Shown piece after piece: positions 52,406 through 64,000 of a stretch of DNA of 64,000 bases (the first letter of the stretch is position 1; every line of letters begins with the position of its first letter). Origin of the DNA: Octopus sinensis (lineage: Eukaryota); the NCBI RefSeq assembly GCF_006345805.1, contig NC_043003.1, positions 94,364,001 to 94,428,000 on the forward strand, written 5' to 3'. Under the pieces are notes generated by a model, which was given only the letters and a program-made list of their open reading frames with translations, made no database searches and was not told the DNA's origin. Both the position numbers and the translations under genes were made by a program.

Positions 52406-54140
52406 TTGTTATTACAGCCACAAGAGCCTAACACAGAGGGGACAGTACAAAGGCGGACAGGACAGAACAGTGGGGACAAAAATATAAAACGAATGAAAAA
52501 TGATAATACATACAATGAAATCGATGAAGATGAAATGGCTGTGTGCGCCCCAGTCACATGCAGTACCATTTAAACGTTCTTACTGTCCGTTTATCATCAG
52601 TGTTGTGTTTATATCCTCTTTGCATCTTTTGACTTTACTCTTTTCTTAAAAAACATAAGTTGCTCTTTTTTTTTTTACTTTTTATATAAAGCCCTAATTC
52701 ATTTAGTTCGACCACTGACGGTAGTTCGTCGAACTCTACCTCGCATGTTGGTGGTTCTAATCTGCATTTTCCTTCCACCTGCTGTACCTTTCCTTGTCAG
52801 TTAATATCGCCTTCACATTCTCTCCGTAACTGTCCTTCGGCAACTTCACCCTTATAACTGATTTCATTTTTGTAATCATTTTTTCCGTGCACACATTTTT
52901 GTCATATTTTACAAGATACCAATTGTATTTTTCCCGTTTTTGTTTACTCTGTTCTGTTCTTGGCGTCACTTTATCCATTTCAATCGTTGTCGCTTCTTCC
53001 TTTTGCTGCTGTTCCAATTCATAGGTTAAACAACCCTCCAGTCTGCTTGCTTCTGTCTTTTCCTCCTCCATAGCTTCTATCGCAACCTCCTTTTCTACCT
53101 CTTTCTCAATCTCCTTTTCAACCTCCTTTACATCTTCTTCCTCTATCTCCTTTGTTTCTTTCTTCTTTTTCTGTCTCTCCGGCGGAGAGCCCTTCGTTTT
53201 TCATTTTTTAACCACTTCTGCCTCTTTCTCCTCCTCCTGTACCCCATCATTCGCTTTCTCCTGCTCCTCCGACTGTTCCATTTCTTGTTCTTTTTCTTCT
53301 CTCTGGGGGCACCACTACTCTTAATTTCACATCTTCTGGCAGAATGATTTCTTCTGGGATCTTGATCATGTCACTCTCGGTTGTCAGAAGTGACATCTCG
53401 ATACCGTAACCCCAACAGACCACCTTTCTCGTTCTTGTCACTCTTCGGATCCTGGTATCCTCTTCTATGTTGTGTATTATCGCTGCAACCAACCATGTCT
53501 CCTTTAATTCTGGTTGTACTTTTCCCACCCTCATTCGGAAAACTCTTCTGCCGCAGTAAGTTGGTAGGAAACCCACTCTTCCGATTTTATGGCATCAGTG
53601 GAGTGCAATATCGCTTCGACCGCGCTATTGAAACGCACTTCCGCTATGCCATATTTTCTTCCTCTTATGAATGTCGTCTTCTTTTTAATCTCTTTTAAAC
53701 TTTTCTCAATTTCTTCTATTGGTGCTACTTCAATTTTCTTCGATAATATTTTGAGAATTTTATAAATGATTATTTTCCTCTTTACACTATGTATCAATTC
53801 GAGCTGAGGCGTCAACTTTAGATTGTGGCCTTCTTTTTCTAAAAGGTTGTCGCATTCCTTTAACATTTCCGGCTTGATTTTTATTTCTCGCACCTCCAAA
53901 TCTTGGACTGCGATACCTCTGCCAGTTGCAGCCGCATAACTGTGGCTCTTGACTGGTTCAGTTTCCATAGTACTTCTCATTGGTTCTCCCATAAATAGGA
54001 AGAAAAACACAATTCAAAAAATACTCGTCAGAGCTAACAGCAATTTCAAAACAGGAAACAAACGTGGTACACCCACAAGAGGAGATCTCTAATAACAAAA
54101 TATCACACTTACTTCAAACGTAGAATTCAACCATGAAATT
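52406..54140 (-). mobile_element. 1735-bp ORF1-only non-LTR retroelement (L1/Tx1-derived, HAL1-like) with a 19-bp TSD
   Basis: TSD atacattactcag(c/t)aatga at 52387-52405 and 54141-54159. One frameshifted ORF of about 410 codons from ATG 53992 to stop 52757 (SHSYAAAT, RGRKYGIAEVRF, FLPTYCGRR, Glu/Lys-rich tail). No EN or RT sequence. Confidence 0.8.
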
Positions 54141-54868
54141 ATACATTACTCAGTAATGAGAACATCAATGATTATTTGATACTTAGCAATATTTATGTAC
54201 TGCTACATGGACTGAGCTATTTCAATAGGTGTCATAGACAACACAGTTATAAATGAAGTAGGATTCAAACTATTTCCCTAAAGTCTCACGGTTCGCTACG
54301 TTTTCTACTCCGAAATTTAAGTTCCCATTCTTTAAAATACGAATTAAATAACTTTGTACTCACCTAGCTTTCTGGCAAAAAACAATCTTCGGGAAGAAAA
54401 TAGAACTTAAGATTTAAAATATCCCTTTCTAAGATGTTGGTATATGGCAAACTTCAACTTGGTTAATTACAACAAAACAATAACAGTAGAAATAGTAGAA
54501 AGGAATTACAACAAAATAAGAACAATTTATAGTACACATAAATTTCTTTGCTTCGGGACTTAATAGAAGGTTTGCTGAATGTAAGAAGATAATATTATAG
54601 AAGATGTTTTTCTTAGTCGATGTTTTTCATAATTAGTTGAAGCTATTTAACCTAAAAAGTGCACCATAAAATGTCGATGTCGGATATAAAACACTCGGGC
54701 GATATAAATCTTGACAGGTGTGTCCTGACAGTTAAATTATGTCGTTCACTCTTTATATAATTTTCTGCAGAAAATGACAGAGAACTGAAGAGACTAGATA
54801 GAAATAATTATAATAAGTGTAATTTACTGTTTCGAAAAAGTTACCGGTAATTATTAGAAAGTAAAGCT

Positions 54869-56050
54869 TGGGTATTAGGATAAAAGACTAATTTAAAGCA
54901 ATCAGCTTTAGTTAATTTAATACTGACACCGAAAACATAATTAAACTCATTTAAATACTAAGGATTAGAGGGAACTCTAAAAGAGAAACGCAAAAGTTAC
55001 AAGCAAGTTCAGAAAAGAACTTTTCAAGTTAAACTGCAGCTTTAGACAGAAAAACAATAAAACTACTATCAGAGTTCCGAAGCTACAATCCCAGTATAGA
55101 AACAATGTATCTACCCCTCATACAGGGAGGCGACGCTTGGTATCAATAGAATAGTACCTAGCAACCAAATCGAAAGAGAGTAATGTAAAAAAGAATCGCC
55201 AAAATGAGAATATTTTCTGTAAAATATAAGCAAACAGTGGAGTACATACTAGAAATACAACTAAAACAGATTCAGATAAGGACAAGTCTCTGATGAGATT
55301 AAGAACAGTAATAGGCGAAAACGAAATGCAGTTTCAAAATGTATGTCAGAAAAATTAGTGAGAAAAATATATATATAGGAAAACAATAAAGTACAGACTT
55401 GAAATACAATTGAAAAAAGTTTTAGATGAGATCAAATTTTAGAGGAGATTAAAAAATAGCAATAATTAATAACGGGACGCAGTTCCAAAATATCTGTAAG
55501 GAAAATGAGAAAAACCACTCATATACCAATATTTCGCACTTAGCGAGAGAAAAGTGGAAACAAAACTAGAAGATAGACTGACTCAGAAGTTTTGAGCTAA
55601 AATCAGAAACAGAGGGTCTGATTTTAAGCAAAATCATGTCTAAACATGCTTAGCTACAAAGAACTACAACGTAAGAAAATGGTAACATCAAGTGCAGGCA
55701 ATGTAGTCAGTACAAACAGACGGCTAATGCATTTATTTTCAACAGTTCAGTCCCTATATAGGCCTTATATACTCCTAGATATAAACGAGATAGTAGCTTT
55801 GTCCACTGGGATACAGGCCAACATGTAGAAAACTACGTACAAAACAGTAAAGCTATGTATGAAACGAAACAAAACTACATACAAAATAAGATACTTGGCT
55901 GTGACTTTGAGCACAATCAACTAGGTCATATCGTTTTTATTTTTCTCTCTCTCTACAAGCAAACTGAGTTGGACACTGTTGTTTGTTTGCAATCAAATCA
56001 ATCCTCATCGAGCAGGCTAATGACTACAGAAATTCTATTTATATGCATCC
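54869..56050 (+). pseudogene. Decayed R4/Dong-type LINE, downstream part (end of RT, thumb, CCHC, start of RLE)
   Basis: FKY(L)GLE at about 54947, AALDRKTIKL, ETMYLP..GG, ELKSETEGLIL, CLATKNY, KCRQCSQY, VHWD, KIL.(W)DF. Confidence 0.7.
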
Positions 56051-56647
56051 GCTGGCATTTCTATCTGATTTATAAACTCACTTAGAGACACAATTCCGAA
56101 ATCGACCACACTTGAGCAAGTAAATTCACTGTAGTTTCCCAGTCTCCTCCAAAAGCACCTCGCGTATATATACATATATATGTATATATATTTATATATG
56201 TAAATATTTTTATATATGTGTGGGGAGTGTATGCATGCGTTTGTACGTGAGTATGTGCATGCGTTTGTACGTGAGTATGTGCATGCGTATGTGCGCGTGT
56301 GTGTGTTTATATATGTATGTGTGAGTTTGTAATTATACACATTAAAACAGAAACTGAAAAATTGATTCCTTTAATTGGAATTAAAAGTTTTTTTAAATAT
56401 ACCAGACTGTCTAGTCTTTGTTTTTTATGCAATGTTAATACCAGTTCGAATATGCTAAAAGCACATTTCTACCCCGAAATTTGTTTTTTGCAGATACTTA
56501 TTCTCTAATTATGACTCATCAACACTTTCGACTAGCATGTATGCTGCATTTAAAATAAAGCATTTATATAAATATGTTTGATTACTGGAACATGCCAATG
56601 TGCTTCGCGAGGACACTACTGGGATTATAACATCATTCTTATGCTGT

Positions 56648-56690
<43 letters not shown>

Positions 56691-58599
56691 ATATATATTC
56701 ATATATATATATGCACACATTAAAATGTGTGTGTGTGCGCGCAATTATGTATATATATTATAGTTTTATATCAGCGCTGGATCTGTATCGTTACATTGTC
56801 ACTAGTATAATTGACTAAAACACCTGGAACATGGTGTTCCAGTATAACCGCATTCTAATAACGAGAACCAACAAAAGAAGTATATCAGAAGAATGCTGTG
56901 TTTTTCAGACAATCTTAAAAATAACATGACACAGAATAATTTAAAAGAGATTTGCAGGCTACTTCTAACGTATCGAACTGCCAGGATGAAAGTCGCTCAT
57001 TGGTTAATATTCTGATTGTTTAATATAAAAGATTAGTTTGCATAATAGCTTAGACATCTTACAAGCAATGTAATACTTTATATATTAAAACAAATTGAAT
57101 GCTTCTCTTCACTTTGTAGTTGATAGGAAATCTAAATGTAATTTTCTGCTTAGAGTAAACAGTTATTTTAGCATTTACATATCACTATCTAATTGACCAA
57201 CATTGTAATAGTTTAACAGACAATGTCTCTTTATTCGCCTCGCTGAATCTTTTCAGAACCACGGCATCTCTTATTAGAATAATTTAACAATTTTGATCAA
57301 ATATCTAAAACGCTATGTACCGAAAGTAGACAAATATATAATAAAACTGTAAATCAAAATAGAATTCCAAGTGTTATAATCTCTGGCTTTTTGTTTTGTC
57401 CTGTACTTAAGAAATGAGTTATTACTTTTGAGTGAAATGATTCAACAAAAACAATGGTTTACAAAACGCTATTTAAACGGCGTAAAGCATCCTATTTACA
57501 AATGTAAAGGACTATGACGGTTTTGAGGGAGCTTCAATTTCATGCTAAAAGCAAACATACTCTCAGCAATTATACAATACTGTCGGCTCATACAAAAGAG
57601 ATTCGTGCTTCTTGATATAACCTAGTTCTTGTTAGTTGAGAGGTAAGTCTCTTGCCTATGGACACAGCAGGCCTGTACAACAGCAGCCAACTTATTGATT
57701 CACAATCCAAAACTCTATCGTCTTTCGCCGTTTCAATATTATAGTTTTAATAATATGTTTAAAGTCGGTGAAAAATAGAAAATAAATATATTGCACCAAA
57801 AAGAAATTAGGAGTCAGTACTAACACTAATAAAGGGTAGAAATGCATCCGCCTTTAGCCAATTTCTGGGATTGTTTTAATATGACGAATAAATAGAATAG
57901 AGATTGGTAAATTGGTACTAGACTAAGTTATCTTTGCAGAGGGACCAGGAAAAGTAGTTAAATGAGTGATAGAAAGAGAGACCTTATAAGGGAGAGAAGC
58001 AGATGGCAACGTAGAGTGTGAACTGCTCTTGAAATAAATAAGATGGGACTCAGTGATAAGATTGAATACGTCCAACCTGTAATTTCACTTTGATACCCAT
58101 TAGAATTTAAGGAATGCAGCGAGCAAACACGAAAATACATAATAACAGTGTTCTATATCTCTAGTATAAATAGAAGCGTTTAACAACATTTATCAGCCAT
58201 TCAGTCATGTTCGAAGTACTCGACTGTTCTCAAGACGTCGCGAAGTATCATACAATGTCTCTCTAATGTTTTCAACATTAGCACAGTCACATGTATTGGA
58301 AGACGATATAAAGGATATGCTGACATTGGTACTTGAATGGAACTTTCTTAATCGATGACCTGCTCCAAAGAATTAAAGGGATTTGAAGTGAGAACGTATA
58401 CGTATGTAACTAAATACTAAAAAAAGGAATATTTTACGACTGATTCTACTATAAACCGTCCATAACAATGAATCGAGTTTTCTACAGATCTTCGGCTTTA
58501 CTATAATGATTTTTTAAAATGTTAACTGATAATATTTAAAGGGAGAAATGATAAGCGTTTCACCTTCTTAATGGAATTCGTAAATGGAGAATTCCACAA

Positions 58600-58945
58600 A
58601 ATTTTCTATGTTATACGTGTGTGTCTGTGTATGTGTGTTTGTGTGCGTCTGTGTATGTGTGTGCGTGGGTGATCTAGTATTTTTTAAAATTATCTCTGCT
58701 ACTTCTACTGTTGCTTTGTACATACTTATATTGTATTCCTATTATTTTTCCCTTTATATTCTTGCATCATTGAATATACATAATCTATAGTATTATCCTA
58801 TTAGAGTCAGTTCTGCAAGGTATCGACGTCATTAATTGGAAATGTGAAACCTTCAGCTACGTTTTTCACTCCATTCGTTTAATATTTCAGTATACAGCAA
58901 GTATTTTATCATGTCGGTTGCATAGTAAACTGAACTGAGAAAAGT
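58600..58945 (+). repeat. Partial, more diverged third copy (C) of the duplicated block
   Basis: cataatctatagtattatcctatt...cattaattggaaatgtgaaaccttcagct matches 60575-60655 and 51766-51990. Confidence 0.75.
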
Positions 58946-59349
58946 TAGGAATAGGTAAACGGGAGACATGACTGATATCTCTTTGTATGGCTTTTACAGC
59001 TGTAATTACGATTGGACTGTGTGCAGAACACAAAATTTACCTACACCCTATGTTTTTCACCAGTGAAGCACTACTGATGTAAAGTAAGCATAGTAATTTT
59101 CGTAATTTAGTTTAATCGACATATATAACATTTCGAAATAGTAATATTTAAAGTTTTTTAATATTTCATGAGTGATGGATCGAACGATAACATTATCTGT
59201 ATCAAAATCGATCGCTCGTTTCCAGTTTTGGCACGAAGTTTGAAATACCAAACAGATATATTGCAGATAATTTTAGTATATCATCCAACGGTTTCACTAA
59301 TAACTGATTCTAATTTATGTACAATGCCAGCAGTTATGTTGAGAGGAGG

Positions 59350-60190
59350 AGTTTAGACGATTTCATCGAACCCCAATATTTCACTGGGTCTTTCATTTAC
59401 CGACCCGGAGGAATGTAAAGCAAAGTTAACATTTGCTGGATTTGAATTCAGAATCAAAAGAGACCCTAAACAAATACTAAAAACAATGCGGCTTTTTTGT
59501 TTGTTTTTTTGTTCTGTTTTTTCTTTTGCTTGTTTTTGTTTTTTTGTTTTTTCCTGTTCTGGTACTGTAACAATTCTACCACTTCACTGCTCTGATTTAG
59601 CCACAAGGACAGCATTATAAAAAAATGTTGATTGAACAAATGCTGTCGATCCGAGTATTTTACTGGTACTTTAATTCATTGACCCCACCGAAAGGATGAA
59701 AGACAAAGTTTGCCTTGACGGAATTTGAACTCAAAGGAAATATAAGAGCAACCAGAAAGCATTTACTTGGAACACTTTAACGTTTCTGATAATCCGCCCT
59801 CTCCACCTCCCACACAAAGGAGATAGTCTTCGTTTAAATAGTTTCAAATTAGGCACACAGCCAGCATTATTTAAAGAGGAAGAGATTAGTCGATATCATT
59901 GATTCGGATACTTGACTAGCACGTTATTCTCTCAACCCCAGAAACCGGATAGGCAAGTAGACTTAGGCGGAATTTGAACTCAAAACGTAATGAATCGGGA
60001 GAAATATTGCCTGGTATTTTCTCCGACACTCTACACCTGTTCGATCAGTTCGCTGCTTTAAGTCTTTTTAATAATTCTTGCTACAATAGGCACAAGACCA
60101 GCAATTTTGGGAGGAGATTTTAAGTCGATTACATCGACTCTACTGCTCAACTGATATTTATTTTATTCTATCAGTTCGCCGCCTTAAGCC
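59350..60190 (-). mobile_element. Head-to-tail array of about four decayed SINE units
   Basis: Repeated ...ggaatttgaactca..., gtcgattacatcgac and cacaagaccagc motifs. Confidence 0.8.
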
Positions 60191-60219
60191 TTCAGAATAA
60201 TGAAATAAAAATACAGAGG

Positions 60220-62036
60220 ATTGTGAATTAACTCTCCATCGTATATATTGTATATTTGTATCTTTGATTTTTATTTCTAATATTTCTTTATATATTCTTA
60301 AATCATTTTTAAACTTCATATTTCAATGAACATTGTCTAAAATAAAGTGGATGTATCATGCCTTGTAACCATCTCAGTCATTTACAGCGTAAACAATTTT
60401 CTGTGATCGAAATCTTACAGTATATATATAGGAAATGTTTTGAACTCTACTATATTCATTATGTACATTATACGTGTGTGTATGATTTAGTGTCTTATTA
60501 TTTCTGTGGCTGCTTTACACAGACCTATCGTATTTCTATTATTTTTCTCATTGTATTCATTCTTACATCACTAAGCATAATCTATAGCATTATCCTATCG
60601 GTTTATGTTCTCCTTGCTATCAACCTCATTAATAGGAAATGCGAAACTTCAGCTGCATTGTTCAATTCATTTGTTTCTTACTTCAGTACATAATAAATAT
60701 TGTGTGGGCTTAGTTATATAATAAACCGAATTAACTAAAGGTTATTACTGTTACTAATTGTATCGATGTTGGATGGATGAAAGATAAAGTCGACACCAGA
60801 GAAATTTGATCTCCGAGCATAAATGGGAGCTTTGTAATACTGTTTCCTCTTTAGTATGTCATTCCAACAGTTATATTAACCCACGACCTTACAGTGTTTA
60901 CAATTAAGAAATATGTCATTATTTCCTAGAAATCTTATCTTTAAAACTTTCCTTTATCGACTACTTCCTTCATTTATAAATGAATAAATTACTTGACTTT
61001 TCATTATTGGTGTACTCTGTCTTGACGTTCTCTCTTTACGTTCTAAGTTCAAATTCATCCGCGGTTGACTTTGCCTTTCCTCCTTTCGGGGTCGATAAGT
61101 TAAGTACCAGTTGCGTACTCGCTGATCTAATCGACTGCCCCCTCCCCCAAAATTCCGGGCCTTGTACCTAGAGCAGACAAGATTATTAGTGTAATCTGTG
61201 AATCGGTGATCAGCCTTGTAGATTAACTGAATTTCCAGTTATTCATTTTCTCAAATGACATAGCAAGTGTCACTGCAAACATCAAAGAGTATTCCATAAT
61301 ATGCAGTACTTAATTACAGCTAATTGGACTGAGCCATTATTATAGGTGTCTTAGATAATGCAGTCACAAATGACGTAGGATTCGGACTATCCAGCTAACC
61401 AGCTAACGTCTGGACTTTTGCTACTCTCCCCACTCCGACATCCACCGTTTCATTCTTCAGAACAAATTAAACTTAAACTGTATAATCACTCGCCTAGTTT
61501 TTTTTTTGCCAGACTCTCGTCCTTTCTGAGGCAAGAGTTACTCAAATACTCACAAATGTTTGATCGAGTTGTCAGTTGAGTATTACTCAAACGAATAAAA
61601 AAACTTCGGCCACTGAATGACTGCTTTTAAGATGTCGGAGTTCTGGCAAACGTCAGCTTGATTAATTAGAACAAAACCTGAAAAATGTATAGTGCACATA
61701 AATTTATTTGCACCAGAGCTTAATAGTGGGTTTGTTGAATGAAAGAAGATAATATTATAGAAGACGTTTTTCCTAGTCGATGTTTTTCATAATTAGTTGA
61801 AGAGAATTAACCTTAAAACATCCCAATAAAATGTCGATATTGGATATAAAATCCTCGAGCGATATAAATCTTGACAGATGTGTCCTGACAGTTAAGTTAT
61901 ATCATTCGCTTTTCATATAATTTTCTGAATATAATCACAGAGAACTTGAAGAAACCACATGTAAATTACTATATCAAGTGTAAATTACTGCTTCGCATAA
62001 ACTTGTTAGTTTTAGTTTTTATTAGAAAATGAAGCT
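60220..62036 (+). repeat. Duplicated non-coding block, copy B
   Basis: See copy A. The best-conserved part is 61690-61990 versus 54530-54835. Confidence 0.85.
61021..61181 (+). mobile_element. 5'-truncated SINE with an 18-bp TSD, private to copy B
   Basis: attatt(g/a)gtgta(c/a)tctgt at 61003-61020 and 61182-61199; absent from copy A near 52345. Confidence 0.8.
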
Positions 62037-62084
62037 AACTAGAAATAAAAATGAATGCTGCGGAAATAGAAAACATCGTCCAAA

Positions 62085-62158
62085 TCACTTTTAATATACA
62101 TACATACATACATACATACATACTTACATACATGTGTGTGTGCGTGCGTGCGTGTGTG

Positions 62159-62199
<41 letters not shown>

Positions 62200-62360
62200 A
62201 TATATATATGTATATATGTATATATATATGTATATATGTATATATATATATATGTATATATGTATATATATATGTATATATATATATATATATGTGTATA
62301 TATATATATATGTATGTATGTATGTATGCATGTATGCATGTATGTATGTATGTACGTATG
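62085..62360. repeat. Compound (TACA)/(GT)/(AT)/(TATG) microsatellite
   Basis: Seen directly. Confidence 0.97.
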
Positions 62361-62779
62361 TAATGAGAAGGATAAAGGAAATCCACGCAGTAATGTTGCA
62401 ACTGGCAGCGTATTGTTTAGCAGTCAGTTTGATATTTCCGTCTCTCTTGACAGCTTCGTACGGGTATAGCACCAAATCCACTCAATACGTTTGAAAAGAA
62501 AAAGAAAGATCATCAACTCTGAAGCCTAGCATAAATTAATATATGGGTTTTCTTTTAAGGAAGCGCAAAAGCAATTTTTGTAGAGAAAGTTTGTATGTTC
62601 GATAGAATCACTTAACATATTATTACTGGTGCATATTTCCTCAAATTCATTTGGATAAAAAAACTAAAAGCTGAGGATCTGAATTTAGAATATACAGGGT
62701 GGCAGTAATACTGTAAGACATCTAGCTATATCACTCTTATTCCTGTCAAATCAGAATCTTTTAATACCCTTCTATCTTT

Positions 62780-63245
62780 TATTTGTTTCAGCTATTAGAC
62801 TGCGGCCATACTAGGGCACCATCTTGAAGGATTTTTAGTCGAATGAATCGACCCCAGTACTTATCTTATTTTTAAGCCTGGTACTTACTTATTCCATCGG
62901 TCTCTTTTGCCGATCCGCTAAGTTACGGAAACGTAAACACACCTACACCGTCAAGTGGAGGTAGAGGACAAACACAGACACAAAGACATACACACAAAAG
63001 ATTCAAACATATCTATGTATATATATATATATATATATACATAAATACACAAATACAAACATACATACATACATACATACATACATACGACGGGATCCTT
63101 CAGTTTCCATCTGTCAAATCCAATCGCAAGGATTTGTACGACCCGAGGCTAGAGTTGAAGAGACTTGCCCAAGGTACCATGTAGTAGGACTGAACGCGGA
63201 ACCATGTAGTTGGGAAGTAAACTTCTTACCACACAGCCACGCTTA
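62780..63245 (-). mobile_element. Near full-length tRNA-derived SINE with an internal microsatellite
   Basis: ttgtttcagctattagactgcggccatactagggcacc...ccgctaagttacgg...[microsatellite]...cttcttaccacacagccacgc; same family as 35778-36285. Confidence 0.88.
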
Positions 63246-64000
63246 TAATTATATGGAATTTAATCCTAAATAATTTTACATTTCGTTATTCTTCAGAATA
63301 ATCTCAAGCAACAAGAAATGTGCCTGTCTCGTCGCATAAATTATTAAGATAGACAAGGAAAACTTTTTGAAAGTAGCTTCCATATTCCGTTCCAAAACGT
63401 TAACCAAATAAACTTGGTAAATTAAAAATTTCTTAAATACTTCTCATAACTATTTTTGTGGCTATTTCACGATTTTTTTCAGAATATTGATTTCTAAATT
63501 TGCCACAAAGCTGTATATTTTTAAGGATATGTCTATAAGATATATATCTTCTTGATGAGCCCTAATAAGGTAAAAGTTTCTGAATCATTTTCTTTACTTT
63601 CTTAATTATTGCAGTTAATGTTACTGCAGTTACTTGTGATGTTGAAAATGCTGAAAATAATAAAACCCATTATTTGAAGCATATTTGAAAAGGGAGAGAA
63701 TAATCACTTAAATTGACCCTACCTATTAGTTGGTACTTATTTCAGAAAGATTGAAACATAAAATCTATCACATCGGCTTCTTATTCAGAAATGAAATGGA
63801 CGTATTTCCTGCAAGACATTTTGTCCAGAGTTCTTACGTTCTACAATCTTCTACCGTCACATTTGAAAGAAAGAAACATTTCCCACATTAATAGCGTATA
63901 ATCAAATACTGAAGCAGATAATTAGAGTAGGCCTCAATACAAGACTGGCATTTTATTTTATTGTCCTCAAAAGAATGAAAGGCAATACTCGAAACGCAAA

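Larger units (their letters stand above)
51337..54868 (+). repeat. Duplicated non-coding block, copy A (with nested SINE and ORF1-only element)
   Basis: Collinear with 60220-62036 from attgt(a/g)aattaac to tattagaaa.t.aagct. Flanked by TGGGTA at 51331-51336 and 54869-54874. Confidence 0.8.

Noticed and set aside
55286-55325. CTGATGAG...GGCGAAA
   Set aside because: No helix II pairing; it lies inside decayed LINE coding sequence.
56080-56125. Minus-strand VVDFGI in an exon-like context
   Set aside because: An isolated kinase-like tripeptide at the edge of a LINE remnant with no other kinase motifs.

Overview
AT-rich, microsatellite-dense eukaryotic genomic DNA. It is most likely octopus or another cephalopod; this is an inference from the tRNA-derived SINE families and the (AT)n/(GATA)n/(TATG)n load. 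I can find no intact protein-coding gene, rRNA, genuine tRNA or CRISPR array, and most ORFs in the supplied track are translated microsatellites. The window is dominated by mobile-element remains: a Penelope-like element (GIY-YIG end plus promoter-like 3' region), a Chapaev3-type DNA transposon with intact termini, fragments of CR1, L1/Tx1 and R4/Dong-type LINEs, four MITE/foldback elements, a twice-present foldback module and many SINEs. The most interesting observations are: (1) a 1.7-kb TSD-flanked retroelement encoding only an ORF1-like protein, whose 3' tail is shared with an ORF2-bearing L1/Tx1 LINE and with a dimeric SINE; (2) a ~1.7-kb non-coding block present 2-3 times, one copy of which splits an old R4-type LINE; (3) five fixed-spacing ATTGG-N12-TGACGTC modules followed by a TATA box in the Penelope 3' region; (4) a near-canonical minimal hammerhead ribozyme at 38.6 kb; and (5) two paralogous decayed minus-strand segments resembling the second zinc finger of a nuclear-receptor DNA-binding domain. 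All family assignments come from motif recognition by eye; no database search was run.
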